From a virus: a stretch of 64,000 nt of DNA. Position numbers and translations under genes: made by a program. The notes under the pieces were generated by a model, which ran no database searches, was not told where the DNA came from, and saw nothing but the letters and a program-made list of their open reading frames with translations. Below are positions 47,221 to 57,100 of this stretch, piece by piece. How positions within the stretch are numbered: position 1 is the stretch's first letter; the number at the start of each line of letters is the position of its first letter. The stretch is taken from IMG/VR virus record IMGVR_UViG_3300028837_003734, positions 1-64,000 of that record. The stretch is one strand, 5' to 3'.

Positions 47221-50200
47221 ATGGAGTTAAAAGAAATAAAAAAATTAACAGAACAGGGAGAGGGAGAATATTTTGAGGATGTAGAAAAGGGTTGCAGACC
47301 AGCCTTTGGATCTCCTGGTGGTAAAAGGTATTTAGCTAAGACTATAGTTAGTTATATTCCAGAACATAAAACTTACGTTGAGAATTTTGTGGGTGGCGGG
47401 GCAGTATTTTTTGCTAAAGAACCGAGTGAAGTCGAAGTTATAAATGATTTGGATAAAGATATCGCTTTTGCCTATAGGTTTATGAAAAAAATTAGTGATG
47501 AGGATTTAAAAAAACTAAAAAAGAAAAATTGGGTAGGGAATAAAAATCATTTTGATAACCTTAAAAAAAGTAAACCCGAAAATGATTTAGAGCGATTTTA
47601 TAAATTCGTATACACGATGAGATTTTCAAGATTTAAAAATTATGTTAGTTCCTTTGAAGGTCAAGAAGCTGACTGCACCTCCGCACTCCCCAACGTAAAA
47701 GAGAGATTAAAAAATGTAAAGATAGAGAATAATGATTATAAAGAAAGTATTAATTATGATTCTAAAGAAACTTTTTATTATCTGGACCCACCCTACCCTG
47801 ATACCGAGAATAAAACAATTGGTGGTAATATCAGTCTAGTAGAACTTCATGATTTTTGCAAAAAAATAAAAGGAAAATTTATACTTTCTCTTAATGATGT
47901 TAACACAATTAAGGAAGCATTTAAAGATTTTCACATAAAAAAAGTTAAGGTATTACAAAGCTTTTCTAATACGGAAGGAACACAAGAATTCAGGAGGGAA
48001 CTTCTTATCTCTAATTTCCCACTTAAGAAAGAAAACATCTATTTATCAAAGAGTGATGAAGTTTTAATTGAGGACCTTCCTTCATTTGTGTGGATCCCTG
48101 AGTTTATAAATATTGCCGGGTCTCTCTTTTACGAGAGGGAGGGCAATCGAAAGCCTAATGATATCGATATCTTAGTGAGAGCAAAAGAAGAAGACGATAA
48201 ATTTACCATAACTCTGGATAAATCTTTAAGACTAAAGATAGATAGGATCTTGGAGCAGAGGGTGGGAAAGATGTCCGGAAAATGGTTAACTCCGGAATGG
48301 CTGGGATCGACTTTCGGGCCCAACTGGAGATACCAGACCGGCTGGGATTTAGTATTAGTGCCCCATCAGCCACAGGAGATTAGAGAGATGAATGAACCGG
48401 AGTTCGCATCAGAATTTTATAAAGAAGAAAATTACGAGGAATTTTGTGATTTTGGGGGCGGGCACTTCTCTAAATTTGTTGAGGAACACCCAGAATTTGA
48501 ATCTGAGGAATTTAGAGAGTATGTGATTGTGCATAATAGAGCGGACCGGGACTCTGGAGAATTAGAAGACATTGCTGCTTCTGAGATTTTAAGACTCGCA
48601 AAAGAATTTGCCCAGGAGAAAAATATCCAAATTAATAAAAGACATAGCAGAGAAAAGTGTATGGAATGTGACAAGCCACCCTTTTGGGAATGTTTATGGG
48701 CTGAAGGAATAGGCCATGCTTGGTTTTGTAAGAAGCATTTTAAAGAATGGGCCACAACCGGTGACGGCAAGGGTGAAATAGTTTATGTCAAAGAAGTAAA
48801 AGATGGCATAGCAGCCAAGAAATTTGGGGAAAATAGAAATCCAAATATCTGGGCTGAATTAAAGAGAGAATTCGCCAAGGAATTTTATAAGAAATTATCA
48901 GATAAACAAAGAGAAGAATATGAGAAAGAGACAGCCGTTATTAATGAGAATAAAAAGAAACCTCAAGCTGAGAAAGTTCACAGGTTTAAATCAGCTAAAT
49001 GGACACACCCTAATGGGCATCCACGTTGTTTGATATGTGGCAGTGATTCTCCAGTAGGTGGAGTTTGTAATATGCCAAATAGTTGGTATGAAAAACATAG
49101 ATACGACGATGAGGAAGCCTGGAAAAAAGAAAGAGAAATTCTAAGGGAAAAGGGGATAATAAAACAGGGAATAGATTGGGTAAATTCTCCCACTTTAGCC
49201 TACTTGAGCGTATATGGAGAAATGCCTAATACACCTTTAAGAGGCAGAAGTAATTATCCTAAACGAATATGGAATGATAAAGAGGTTGATAAAGAATTTA
49301 AGGATAATTGGTTAGAAGACTTAAATAGTATTCCTGATATAGAAGTAAGAGCAACTGATATCGGGCATTCTGCTGATAGAGTTGCTTTTGTAGTATTTAG
49401 ATTTAAAGACAAAAAGAATGATAGCAAAGCTAAAGATATAGCGGATAGTCTGAATAAATTAGCGGAACTATATTGTAAAAGCGATATTGGAACAGAAGGA
49501 CGACCTCGAATTTGTGTAGCTGGCAAAATAAAATTAGGAGATAAAAATTGGGAGGAATGGTGGAATAGTTTAGCCGGGAAGATTAAGGGAATTGTTAAAG
49601 AAGAGTTTGAAAAGCTTGACCTTGAACAATTTAAAGCAGAGGGAATAGACGATGATCTTAAAAATCCTGCAAAGCGATGGCGGGAATTACTGGCCGACAT
49701 TAGATATTTATTCAATAGTGGTTATCCCAAACTCAAAGAAGGAGAAAAATGGGGAGAATGGGATTTAACTATACTACTTAAATATGGATCTAAAATTGTG
49801 GATACGCTTAGAAATAAATGTTATTTCACTTTGATACCGGCAAAGATAGGAGAAAAAGAATATAAAAGTTCATATTGGAAAGCATACAGAGAAGCAAGAG
49901 AAAAAGGGTATATAAAATCTAAACCGCCCACGGAGAGAGAAGTTAAAGAATGGGATGAGAAGCGAAAAGAAATAATTAAGGATGGGCAAGAAATAGCCAA
50001 ATTTACTTTTAAGAAGATCGATGAGGCAGAGCATATAGTTGGTGGAGTAGTCTATTTTAGTTATAAAACGGATTCGCAGCAGGACTGGACCTCGCCTCCG
50101 GAAGTCTGGAAAGCTCTAAAGCATTTTATGCTCAAGAAAAAGACTATAAAAGTTATGCACCAAGGAGTTAAAAGAGATATACCAATTATAGAGAATTATT

Positions 50201-50376
50201 TTTCGGAAGAACAGCACCATAAAGGTGGCATGTCTCCAAAGAATCTTTTGGAAAAAGGAGATTGGTGGATGAGCGTATATCTTGGGGATAAAGAAAACAA
50301 AGATATTTGGGAAAGAGTATTAAAAAAAGAACTGACTGGATTTAGCATGGCCGGGAGGGCTTCGAGTCCTAGATAA
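47221..50376 (+). CDS. Polyprotein: D12-class DNA adenine methyltransferase + nucleotidyltransferase-like + Zn domains + C-terminal XkdF-type prohead protease
   Basis: PGGKR, F.GGG, INDLD, LDPPY; GS..NDIDIL; CMEC/CLIC; IVGGVVY..DSQQD..MH..W..LTGFSMAG. Confidence 0.75.
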   Translation: MELKEIKKLTEQGEGEYFEDVEKGCRPAFGSPGGKRYLAKTIVSYIPEHKTYVENFVGGGAVFFAKEPSEVEVINDLDKDIAFAYRFMKKISDEDLKKLKKKNWVGNKNHFDNLKKSKPENDLERFYKFVYTMRFSRFKNYVSSFEGQEADCTSALPNVKERLKNVKIENNDYKESINYDSKETFYYLDPPYPDTENKTIGGNISLVELHDFCKKIKGKFILSLNDVNTIKEAFKDFHIKKVKVLQSFSNTEGTQEFRRELLISNFPLKKENIYLSKSDEVLIEDLPSFVWIPEFINIAGSLFYEREGNRKPNDIDILVRAKEEDDKFTITLDKSLRLKIDRILEQRVGKMSGKWLTPEWLGSTFGPNWRYQTGWDLVLVPHQPQEIREMNEPEFASEFYKEENYEEFCDFGGGHFSKFVEEHPEFESEEFREYVIVHNRADRDSGELEDIAASEILRLAKEFAQEKNIQINKRHSREKCMECDKPPFWECLWAEGIGHAWFCKKHFKEWATTGDGKGEIVYVKEVKDGIAAKKFGENRNPNIWAELKREFAKEFYKKLSDKQREEYEKETAVINENKKKPQAEKVHRFKSAKWTHPNGHPRCLICGSDSPVGGVCNMPNSWYEKHRYDDEEAWKKEREILREKGIIKQGIDWVNSPTLAYLSVYGEMPNTPLRGRSNYPKRIWNDKEVDKEFKDNWLEDLNSIPDIEVRATDIGHSADRVAFVVFRFKDKKNDSKAKDIADSLNKLAELYCKSDIGTEGRPRICVAGKIKLGDKNWEEWWNSLAGKIKGIVKEEFEKLDLEQFKAEGIDDDLKNPAKRWRELLADIRYLFNSGYPKLKEGEKWGEWDLTILLKYGSKIVDTLRNKCYFTLIPAKIGEKEYKSSYWKAYREAREKGYIKSKPPTEREVKEWDEKRKEIIKDGQEIAKFTFKKIDEAEHIVGGVVYFSYKTDSQQDWTSPPEVWKALKHFMLKKKTIKVMHQGVKRDIPIIENYFSEEQHHKGGMSPKNLLEKGDWWMSVYLGDKENKDIWERVLKKELTGFSMAGRASSPR

Positions 50377-50470
50377 ATTATTAAAAAATATCCCTTGACT
50401 GGGGTATTTTTTTATATTAATCGGGTTTGGTGCGGTGTGGCGTGGTGAGCGACTGCCTTTCGGGCAAGAT

Positions 50471-50499
50471 TTGACAAAGTATATTTTTTTTAGTATTAT
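50471..50499 (+). promoter_or_regulatory. sigma70-type promoter for the capsid operon
   Basis: TTGACA-17 nt-TATTAT. Confidence 0.6.
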
Positions 50500-50556
50500 A
50501 ATTACGAAAATAGAATAGAGCTTTAAATAGGGAAATAATGTTCAGGAGTTAAAGCA

Positions 50557-50730
50557 AAACGCTTTAGGCTTTCTAAAATTATTAGAAAAGTTTAAGGCGT
50601 TTTTTTATTTTAAAATTTAATATTCAAAAAGCAAGTTTAGGAAGATGAGATCCTGAAGAAAAAGCGGATGCTCAGGCTTTTAAATTGTAATGAAAATTTA
50701 AAGGTTTGGGCGTCCGCTTTTTTTTATTTT
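50557..50730 (+). terminator. Two long hairpins with T-tails in the leader of the scaffold/capsid genes
   Basis: aaaacgctttaggctttctaa/ttagaaaagtttaaggcgtttt and aaaaagcggatgctcaggctttt/aaaggtttgggcgtccgcttttt. Confidence 0.55.
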
Positions 50731-50761
50731 CGAGGCACCCTAGCTAGTAGAAGGTGATTAG

Positions 50762-51649
50762 ATGCCGAGAGAATTATTGGATATCGATATTGACGAAATT
50801 AGTCTGGTCGATATTCCGGCAATAAAACGAAAATTTCTAATTGTTAAAAAAGATAAAAAAGATATGCAGAAGTCAATTGAGCAAAGACAAGGTGATTCTG
50901 ATATCGAAAATTTAAATAAGGAGGGAAAACTCGAAATGAAAGAACTGATAGAGATTTATAAAAGTTTAACTGGTGATAAAGAAGATTTTTCTGAAGAGCA
51001 AATTGAAATCCTAAAGCGGCTTTCTCCCGAGGATGTTAAAGCCATCAAAAATGCTATAGGCGTCCTAACTAAATTCAAGGGAGATATGTCCAAAGAATTA
51101 CAAGATGCCATAGCAGTCTTAGCTAAATTCACAGCAAAATATCCTTACCCCTATCCTTACCCAGCTAAGAAATCTGACGAAGACTTAGAGAAAGCGGGAA
51201 GGAAAATTTCTAAGGATACTCTGGCGGCGATTAAAAAGGCTATCAATATACTCAGTGGCGTTCTCACCAAGGGAGATGAGACTAAAAAGGCTATTGCTGT
51301 CCTTTCTGATCTCCTTTCTGAGGAAGAGCAGAAAGCCCTTAAGAAATCTGATGAGGAAAAAGAAAGAGACGATAGGGAAAAAGAAATGGTCGATAAAGAA
51401 AAAGAACGAGATGAAAAGTTTGATAGTGCTATAAAAGGTGCCAGCGAGACCATAGAAAAATTAGGAAAGGATTTAGGGGAAAAGGATAAGAACATATCTG
51501 AACTAACTAAAAGACTGGAGACTTTGGAAAAAGCTAAGGGCACTAAGAAACAGATAGAAGGTCAAGATGAAGACGATGGAGACGGAGAGGTCAAGAAAAG
51601 TGATGACCCCTGGCCTTCTTTTAACTTTGAAGTAGTAGCCGAAGAATAA
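50762..51649 (+). CDS. Capsid scaffold-like protein
   Basis: EISLVDIPA N-terminal motif, charged coiled coil, directly before the capsid gene. Confidence 0.7.
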   Translation: MPRELLDIDIDEISLVDIPAIKRKFLIVKKDKKDMQKSIEQRQGDSDIENLNKEGKLEMKELIEIYKSLTGDKEDFSEEQIEILKRLSPEDVKAIKNAIGVLTKFKGDMSKELQDAIAVLAKFTAKYPYPYPYPAKKSDEDLEKAGRKISKDTLAAIKKAINILSGVLTKGDETKKAIAVLSDLLSEEEQKALKKSDEEKERDDREKEMVDKEKERDEKFDSAIKGASETIEKLGKDLGEKDKNISELTKRLETLEKAKGTKKQIEGQDEDDGDGEVKKSDDPWPSFNFEVVAEE

Positions 51650-51670
51650 TTTTAACCATAAAGAATCGAG

Positions 51671-52801
51671 GTGAAAAAAATGATAACTAATAAAGCATTA
51701 TTAAATAAAAGGAGCTTTTTAAAAGCCATGAAGGCTCTGCCGGATATTACTCTGCTTCCAGAAGAGGCCGATAAGTTTATTGATTACGTAGTGGACCAAT
51801 CCTTCTGGAAGAATAATGCCCGGATCGTAAAAATGGAAAAGGTCGAAAAGAACTTAAGGTACCTAGGGTTTAAAGCCGGCACCAGGTTTTTAAAGCCGGC
51901 AAATAAATTTGCCGCTTCGGATTATCTAAAAGAGTTTGCAGAGGGCAAGGTTACCCTACAAGCACAGAAAGTGCGGGGTGCGGTGGTAATCTATGATGAT
52001 GACCTGGAAGAGGGCATCGAGGGACAGGCCTTTGCCGATCATCTTATGAAGATAATAGCCAAGAAGGTAGCCAACGAGATCGATGAGGCGTCCTATTGCT
52101 CCCATCCTGGATTTGCCGATACGGATATTAGAAGCCTGTGGGAAGGTTTTAGATATAGACTCTTATACGGATTTCTTTCGGAAGGAGGGAGAGAAAAAAC
52201 TGGGACTTTCCCGAAAGCAGCAACCATTCTGGATGCTTCCAATAGCTTAGCTGGACACGATTCCGACTTTGCCAAGACCGGCAAGATAGCTGAAAGGATT
52301 AAAGTGGATACTACTTATACCGGAGACTGGGAATTCAAGTTTTCCAAGATGCTGGCAGTAATGCCTTCTAGGTATAAATTACTGGGATTGAAAAATCTGA
52401 GGTTCTTCTGCAATGACATCATTCCTAATGATTATGCCGAGGCCTTAGCTACTCGAGCCACTATCTTAGGGGATAAGGCCCTCTTAGGTGAAAATGACTT
52501 ACCATTCAGGACTGTTCCCATTGCATCAGTACCACTTATGCCTATCACTTACCAAAAGGTAGGGGCAGTGGGATCCACCCTCGGGCGAGAAGCCTATGAA
52601 GGAGACGATGCTGATGTGTACGCCGATGCTATTTTAACTCCTAAGAACAATTTCATCATCGGCATCCAGAAGGAGCTGACTCTGGAGAGCAAGCGTGCCC
52701 CAGAAGACCAGGCCCAATACGTCTTCTACAACCTGAAGATAGACATAGCAGTTGAAAACCCCGAGGCAGCGGTAATATTGGTAAATGTGACTCATGGCTA
52801 A
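51671..52801 (+). CDS. Major capsid protein (XkdG/HK97-fold)
   Basis: LLPEEADKFI, LEEGIEG..F, ILTPKNN..GI; size and position. Confidence 0.85.
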   Translation: MKKMITNKALLNKRSFLKAMKALPDITLLPEEADKFIDYVVDQSFWKNNARIVKMEKVEKNLRYLGFKAGTRFLKPANKFAASDYLKEFAEGKVTLQAQKVRGAVVIYDDDLEEGIEGQAFADHLMKIIAKKVANEIDEASYCSHPGFADTDIRSLWEGFRYRLLYGFLSEGGREKTGTFPKAATILDASNSLAGHDSDFAKTGKIAERIKVDTTYTGDWEFKFSKMLAVMPSRYKLLGLKNLRFFCNDIIPNDYAEALATRATILGDKALLGENDLPFRTVPIASVPLMPITYQKVGAVGSTLGREAYEGDDADVYADAILTPKNNFIIGIQKELTLESKRAPEDQAQYVFYNLKIDIAVENPEAAVILVNVTHG

Positions 52802-52818
52802 AATGAAGGAGAATAACT

Positions 52819-53094
52819 ATGCGATTTAAGATAATCAACCGGGCAGGTTCTCGGGATATATTTTCGGGCGGGGTGAGGTATTATCTCGCTCGAAATGAGA
52901 TATTTCCCACCAATGATCCTCAACTTGCTGGGGATGCAGGCAAACTGCCCTTTATAAGTGTAGTTAAAGACTTATCAGAGTATGAAGCGATGAATTTCTT
53001 CAAGCTAAAGAAAATAGCTAAAGGGAAAGGAATCGAATTTGATAAGAGAATTAAAAAGAGAGAACTAATTAATAGGTTAAGTGAGGTGAAATAG
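52819..53094 (+). CDS. Small head protein with Rho-N/HeH-like C-terminus
   Basis: LKKIAK..GI....KKRELI. Confidence 0.55.
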   Translation: MRFKIINRAGSRDIFSGGVRYYLARNEIFPTNDPQLAGDAGKLPFISVVKDLSEYEAMNFFKLKKIAKGKGIEFDKRIKKRELINRLSEVK

Positions 53095-53095
53095 A

Positions 53096-54178
53096 ATGAA
53101 AAGGGATTTAAGTACCTTAGATAGAGACATAGGTCAACCTTGGAGCAGAATAATTCAGGAGGCATTCAAGCATGGGATTGACTGCACTATAATGCAAGGT
53201 GGTTTGCTACCGGGTAGGAAAGTTCAAGGCATTCACGAAGTGAGTAAGACCCAGAATTATCTTTTAGAGTCACGTCTCATGACAAGGGATGGTAGGGTAT
53301 TTTATTATGCTAAGGCAGGTGCTGCTTGTTCTGCTGGCATAGGTTGTAAATTTTACGGCACCTTGAAGTGGGATGGTGGTACCGCCGTAGCTGTTAAAAC
53401 TAAAGGCAAGACTGTAATGATTAGAAACGACGGTGTCAATTTTACGAAAGATGAGCTTTATGGTGGATACCTTTTACTGCACCATGTTACCAATATGCAG
53501 AACAGGCGTATAATCGCTAACGATGCAAATCCTGCTGCAACTGCTCAAACCATAACCGTTGTTACTGCAGGAGCAGCGGGGGCAGGTAGTTTTGGAGTAG
53601 CAGATGATAAGTCATTGCTATTTACTAAAGGCACAAAAATAGAAGTATATGGTGACACAGCCAATGACGGATTTTATACCGTGAAAGCCGATGCAACTTT
53701 TTCGGTAGACACCACAACAATAACTGTTGAAGAAGCAGTACCATCAGCTACTGTCGCTGGAACCATCACAGGCATAGTAACTCTTACTCTCGAGGAGGCT
53801 TTATCGGGAGATTTTGCTGTAAATAACTGGACGGAAATACTTCCAAACCCCTACGCTGATTTACGAGGGGCAAAACTAGCTAATGAGAGAGTTTCACATG
53901 CAGGTATACCAGGAACTGAGGCCGCAGTAGATGAATATTTCTGGGTGCAGACTTGGGGACCTTGCTGGATTGAACCAGGTGGCGGTTCTCCTAATGGAGT
54001 GGGAGTTGGAGTTAATGAACGGACTGTCGTCTTTGTAGGTGACGGTAGTGTAAATGCGGTAACAGATATTTCACCTGCAGCTGCCTCTGAAGTTGGCTAC
54101 CAAGTTGCAGGGTTTATCATTCAGAACGATAGTGGCGGCGCAGGCCCTCCATTAGTTATGCTCCAGATTAGACCTTAA
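53096..54178 (+). CDS. Capsid decoration/fibre-like protein
   Basis: DGRVFYYAKAG, FWVQTWGP; Gly/Ala/Thr-rich. Confidence 0.6.
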   Translation: MKRDLSTLDRDIGQPWSRIIQEAFKHGIDCTIMQGGLLPGRKVQGIHEVSKTQNYLLESRLMTRDGRVFYYAKAGAACSAGIGCKFYGTLKWDGGTAVAVKTKGKTVMIRNDGVNFTKDELYGGYLLLHHVTNMQNRRIIANDANPAATAQTITVVTAGAAGAGSFGVADDKSLLFTKGTKIEVYGDTANDGFYTVKADATFSVDTTTITVEEAVPSATVAGTITGIVTLTLEEALSGDFAVNNWTEILPNPYADLRGAKLANERVSHAGIPGTEAAVDEYFWVQTWGPCWIEPGGGSPNGVGVGVNERTVVFVGDGSVNAVTDISPAAASEVGYQVAGFIIQNDSGGAGPPLVMLQIRP

Positions 54179-54192
54179 TAGGAAAGGCTTTT

Positions 54193-54230
54193 TAGGGGTT
54201 GTGCCGTAAACAGCCCCTTTAAACTTTTTT
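54193..54230 (+). terminator. Intrinsic terminator
   Basis: aggggttgt..acagcccct followed by T-rich tract. Confidence 0.6.
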
Positions 54231-54269
54231 GTAAGTGAAGAGAATTAATTGGATTGCGAGTGATCTTTA

Positions 54270-55892
54270 ATGCCAGAAAAAGCTAAAGGCAATTATATAA
54301 CCGAAGATGATGTAGATAACTGGGGATTAGCGATCAGTGCTACTGCTGGATTTGTTCCAGATAATGTGGATACCACAACCGAGCAAATTACGGTGGGTCT
54401 AGATATTCCTACCGGTTCGAAGATAAGGTTTAGTTCTACCGGGGTCCTGCCAGGGGGACTTGAGGCAGATATAATTTACTATGCAATCAAAATTAGCACT
54501 ACTGACTCTATTACCATTATCCAGGTCGCAAGGTCTCCGGTTAATGCTGCTGCTGAAACTCCTGTTGCTATCGATATAACTTCACTGGGAGTAGGAACCC
54601 ACACCATAGATGTTGGCGAAGGAGAAACTCTAGCCGACCGTCAAGCCGTCATAGACGAAGTGGAAGCCCAAGTCGAACGGATAACCAAGGACTATTTTTA
54701 TCCCAAGACCTTTTATGACTTTTTAGATGGCAACGGCAGGGATAGGCTATTTCTTCCTATCAGGCAGAAAATATTATCGATTAACTATATGGCCATAAGC
54801 CAGGTCGAAGTTTCTACCATAGATAAAACTGGCACAGATATAACGAGCGCTAGTTTGTTTGTTAATGATGATAAGGCTAATAATAAAGCTTTTACCGACG
54901 GCGTTGGTGATTGGAAGGTTACCAGTACCGGAGGAGCAACTTTTGCAAGTTCTACTGGTGGAGAGACCGACAATGGTGGTAAATACACATTTGATGATAG
55001 TGGAGTAACGACTATTTTAACATTAGACGACAAGGACGGGACTGTTTTAAAATATTTAGAAGTAGGAAAAAAATATGGGATTACAATTTATGCTAAAAAA
55101 GGAGCTAACTGGACTGGTGGAAAGATAACTATAAAGTGCGACGGACAGAGTAAGGAATTACCTGATTTAACTGCGGAGTTCGTTAAGACAGTATTCGATT
55201 TTACGGCTAATGGAATTGACGCCACTATAACTATCGATTGTGCTACTCCAGCTGCGGATGATGAATTATGGATTGATACTCTGGAATTTGTCCAATATAC
55301 CGGAATAGCAGGGAGATACACAGCTACTCTAACCATTTCTACTACTGCAGATTACTATAAAGGCAATTATCTGGGGATCAAGGACGCTTCAGAACGAGTA
55401 AACAATTTATGGGGTAGCAGGATTTTAGGCAATACCGCAACTGATCCGGTCACGAAAAAATCCGTCTTTACCTTAGAACAGCCACTTAAAGCTACACTGG
55501 TAGAAGAAGATGTCGTATCGATTATAACCAACTGGAACTGGGATAATGATTGTATTTATCGAAGTCCACTGGGCATTACCCGCGAACTGGGAGCCCTTAT
55601 GGAACCGTCGGAGTTTTTTCTTAACGGTTATTTCCCTAAAGGCCATGGCAATATAGAAGTTAAGGGAACTATAGGCCATTATAGCTGTCCCGAGGCGATT
55701 AAAAATGCCTGCATAATCTTGGCTAGGGATGAGAATGATCCGACCTTATATGAGCATTATGAATTTGAAAAGGAGTCCATGGGCCGGGTCTATTCCTATG
55801 ACCGGGGAGGAGAAGAATACTTGAGTGGGATTATCGAATGCGATAGATACCTAAAACGGTATGTTAATCGAAAACCGATATTAGTAGCTTAG
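54270..55892 (+). CDS. Head-tail adaptor with inserted beta-rich/CBM-like domains
   Basis: NYIT.DDV, VERIT..YF, FPKG..NIEV....G....PEAIKNA adaptor motifs around inserts. Confidence 0.65.
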   Translation: MPEKAKGNYITEDDVDNWGLAISATAGFVPDNVDTTTEQITVGLDIPTGSKIRFSSTGVLPGGLEADIIYYAIKISTTDSITIIQVARSPVNAAAETPVAIDITSLGVGTHTIDVGEGETLADRQAVIDEVEAQVERITKDYFYPKTFYDFLDGNGRDRLFLPIRQKILSINYMAISQVEVSTIDKTGTDITSASLFVNDDKANNKAFTDGVGDWKVTSTGGATFASSTGGETDNGGKYTFDDSGVTTILTLDDKDGTVLKYLEVGKKYGITIYAKKGANWTGGKITIKCDGQSKELPDLTAEFVKTVFDFTANGIDATITIDCATPAADDELWIDTLEFVQYTGIAGRYTATLTISTTADYYKGNYLGIKDASERVNNLWGSRILGNTATDPVTKKSVFTLEQPLKATLVEEDVVSIITNWNWDNDCIYRSPLGITRELGALMEPSEFFLNGYFPKGHGNIEVKGTIGHYSCPEAIKNACIILARDENDPTLYEHYEFEKESMGRVYSYDRGGEEYLSGIIECDRYLKRYVNRKPILVA

Positions 55893-55905
55893 TGAGGATT
55901 AGGAA

Positions 55906-56232
55906 ATGAGAATTATCGGACCTCGAAAGAGATTTATTCTGATAGAAAGAAGTACTGTGGGAGAAGAAACATCCGAAGGGCAGGCAATCACCTGGAAAGA
56001 AACCGAAGAATTCGGAGGAGTGTTTGATTCGCTAAGAGGAAGGGAAGGCATCTCTTACGACAAGACCGGGGTGATTGCTGATTACCGTCTTTATACTGAA
56101 CACCCTAATATCACCGAAAAGCATAGAGTGAAGCTAAAGGGAACGAGCAGGATTTTTGACGTTAAATATGTCGATCCCAAGCTCTTAAAAAATAAGATAT
56201 GGGTGGTGGATCTGTTTGAAAGGAAAGAGTGA
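55906..56232 (+). CDS. Head closure (stopper) protein
   Basis: Size and position; I....RV.....FDV..VDP. Confidence 0.65.
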   Translation: MRIIGPRKRFILIERSTVGEETSEGQAITWKETEEFGGVFDSLRGREGISYDKTGVIADYRLYTEHPNITEKHRVKLKGTSRIFDVKYVDPKLLKNKIWVVDLFERKE

Positions 56233-56638
56233 ATTCAAATTTGAGTGGAAAGGTGACGAAGTTGAGGGGGTTATGAATAGAATTTCCCACACCCGACTTG
56301 ACGACCTAGGCCATCTTTTAGTTAGAGAAATTAGAGAGGCTATATCACAATTAGGAACAGGAAGGAAATATATAAGGAAGGGCAAGGTCCATATAGCTTC
56401 CGCCCCCGGAAAGCCACCAGTCATCTGGTATGGTGGGTTACATGGCTCAATTTTCTTTATGGAAGCTGTGAAAGGAAATATCTTTTTTATGCATGTGGGC
56501 ACCGGAGGAGAAATAGGAGAATATGGAAAATGTTTAGAGTTTGGAACAGAAAATATGGCTGCCCGGCCTTGGCTGGGAGTGACTTTAGAGAAATCTAGGG
56601 CCATGATTAAGGAATTCCTTGAGGAAGAGTGGTTTTAG
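56216..56638 (+). CDS. HK97 gp10-like neck protein
   Basis: ASAPGKPP, LEFGT..MAARPWL. Confidence 0.75.
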   Translation: MKGKSEFKFEWKGDEVEGVMNRISHTRLDDLGHLLVREIREAISQLGTGRKYIRKGKVHIASAPGKPPVIWYGGLHGSIFFMEAVKGNIFFMHVGTGGEIGEYGKCLEFGTENMAARPWLGVTLEKSRAMIKEFLEEEWF

Positions 56639-56639
56639 G

Positions 56640-57077
56640 ATGGATGTAATCGCCGCAATAAATGCCGAGATATTTAGATATTTAAGGGATGACAAGACCT
56701 TGCCTGGTAATTTAGCAGGAATAATGGGAAACAAAAATATCCGGGTCGGTCGGGCCTTAAGGTCAGATGTATTCCCTTATATCACTTTTGGGATCAGGCC
56801 TTTTGTGGACCCACTTATGCCCCTGTTAGGAACAGGGACTCTGGAAATCCATTTATGGGATAAACATAGTCTAACGACCAGAGTTAACAATATGAGGGAC
56901 AGACTAATTTGGCTAATGGACCTCCATGAGTTTCCTCTCCTAGGAGAAGAGGCGAAAGGGGTGAGAATATTTTTTGATAGTAGTGACATGATTGAAGAGG
57001 AAGAGGAATTTATTAGACATTTAGTTATTTTATGTACTGTGAAATATATCAGGAAATCAAATATAAATGTTAATTAA
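56640..57077 (+). CDS. Tail terminator/completion protein
   Basis: FPYIT motif; position before the tail tube gene. Confidence 0.65.
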   Translation: MDVIAAINAEIFRYLRDDKTLPGNLAGIMGNKNIRVGRALRSDVFPYITFGIRPFVDPLMPLLGTGTLEIHLWDKHSLTTRVNNMRDRLIWLMDLHEFPLLGEEAKGVRIFFDSSDMIEEEEEFIRHLVILCTVKYIRKSNINVN

Positions 57078-57100
57078 AAAAAGAAACGAGGTGATAAAAA

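Noticed and set aside
50423-50465. GG-rich pentamer run plus small hairpin
   Set aside because: Too short to support a call.
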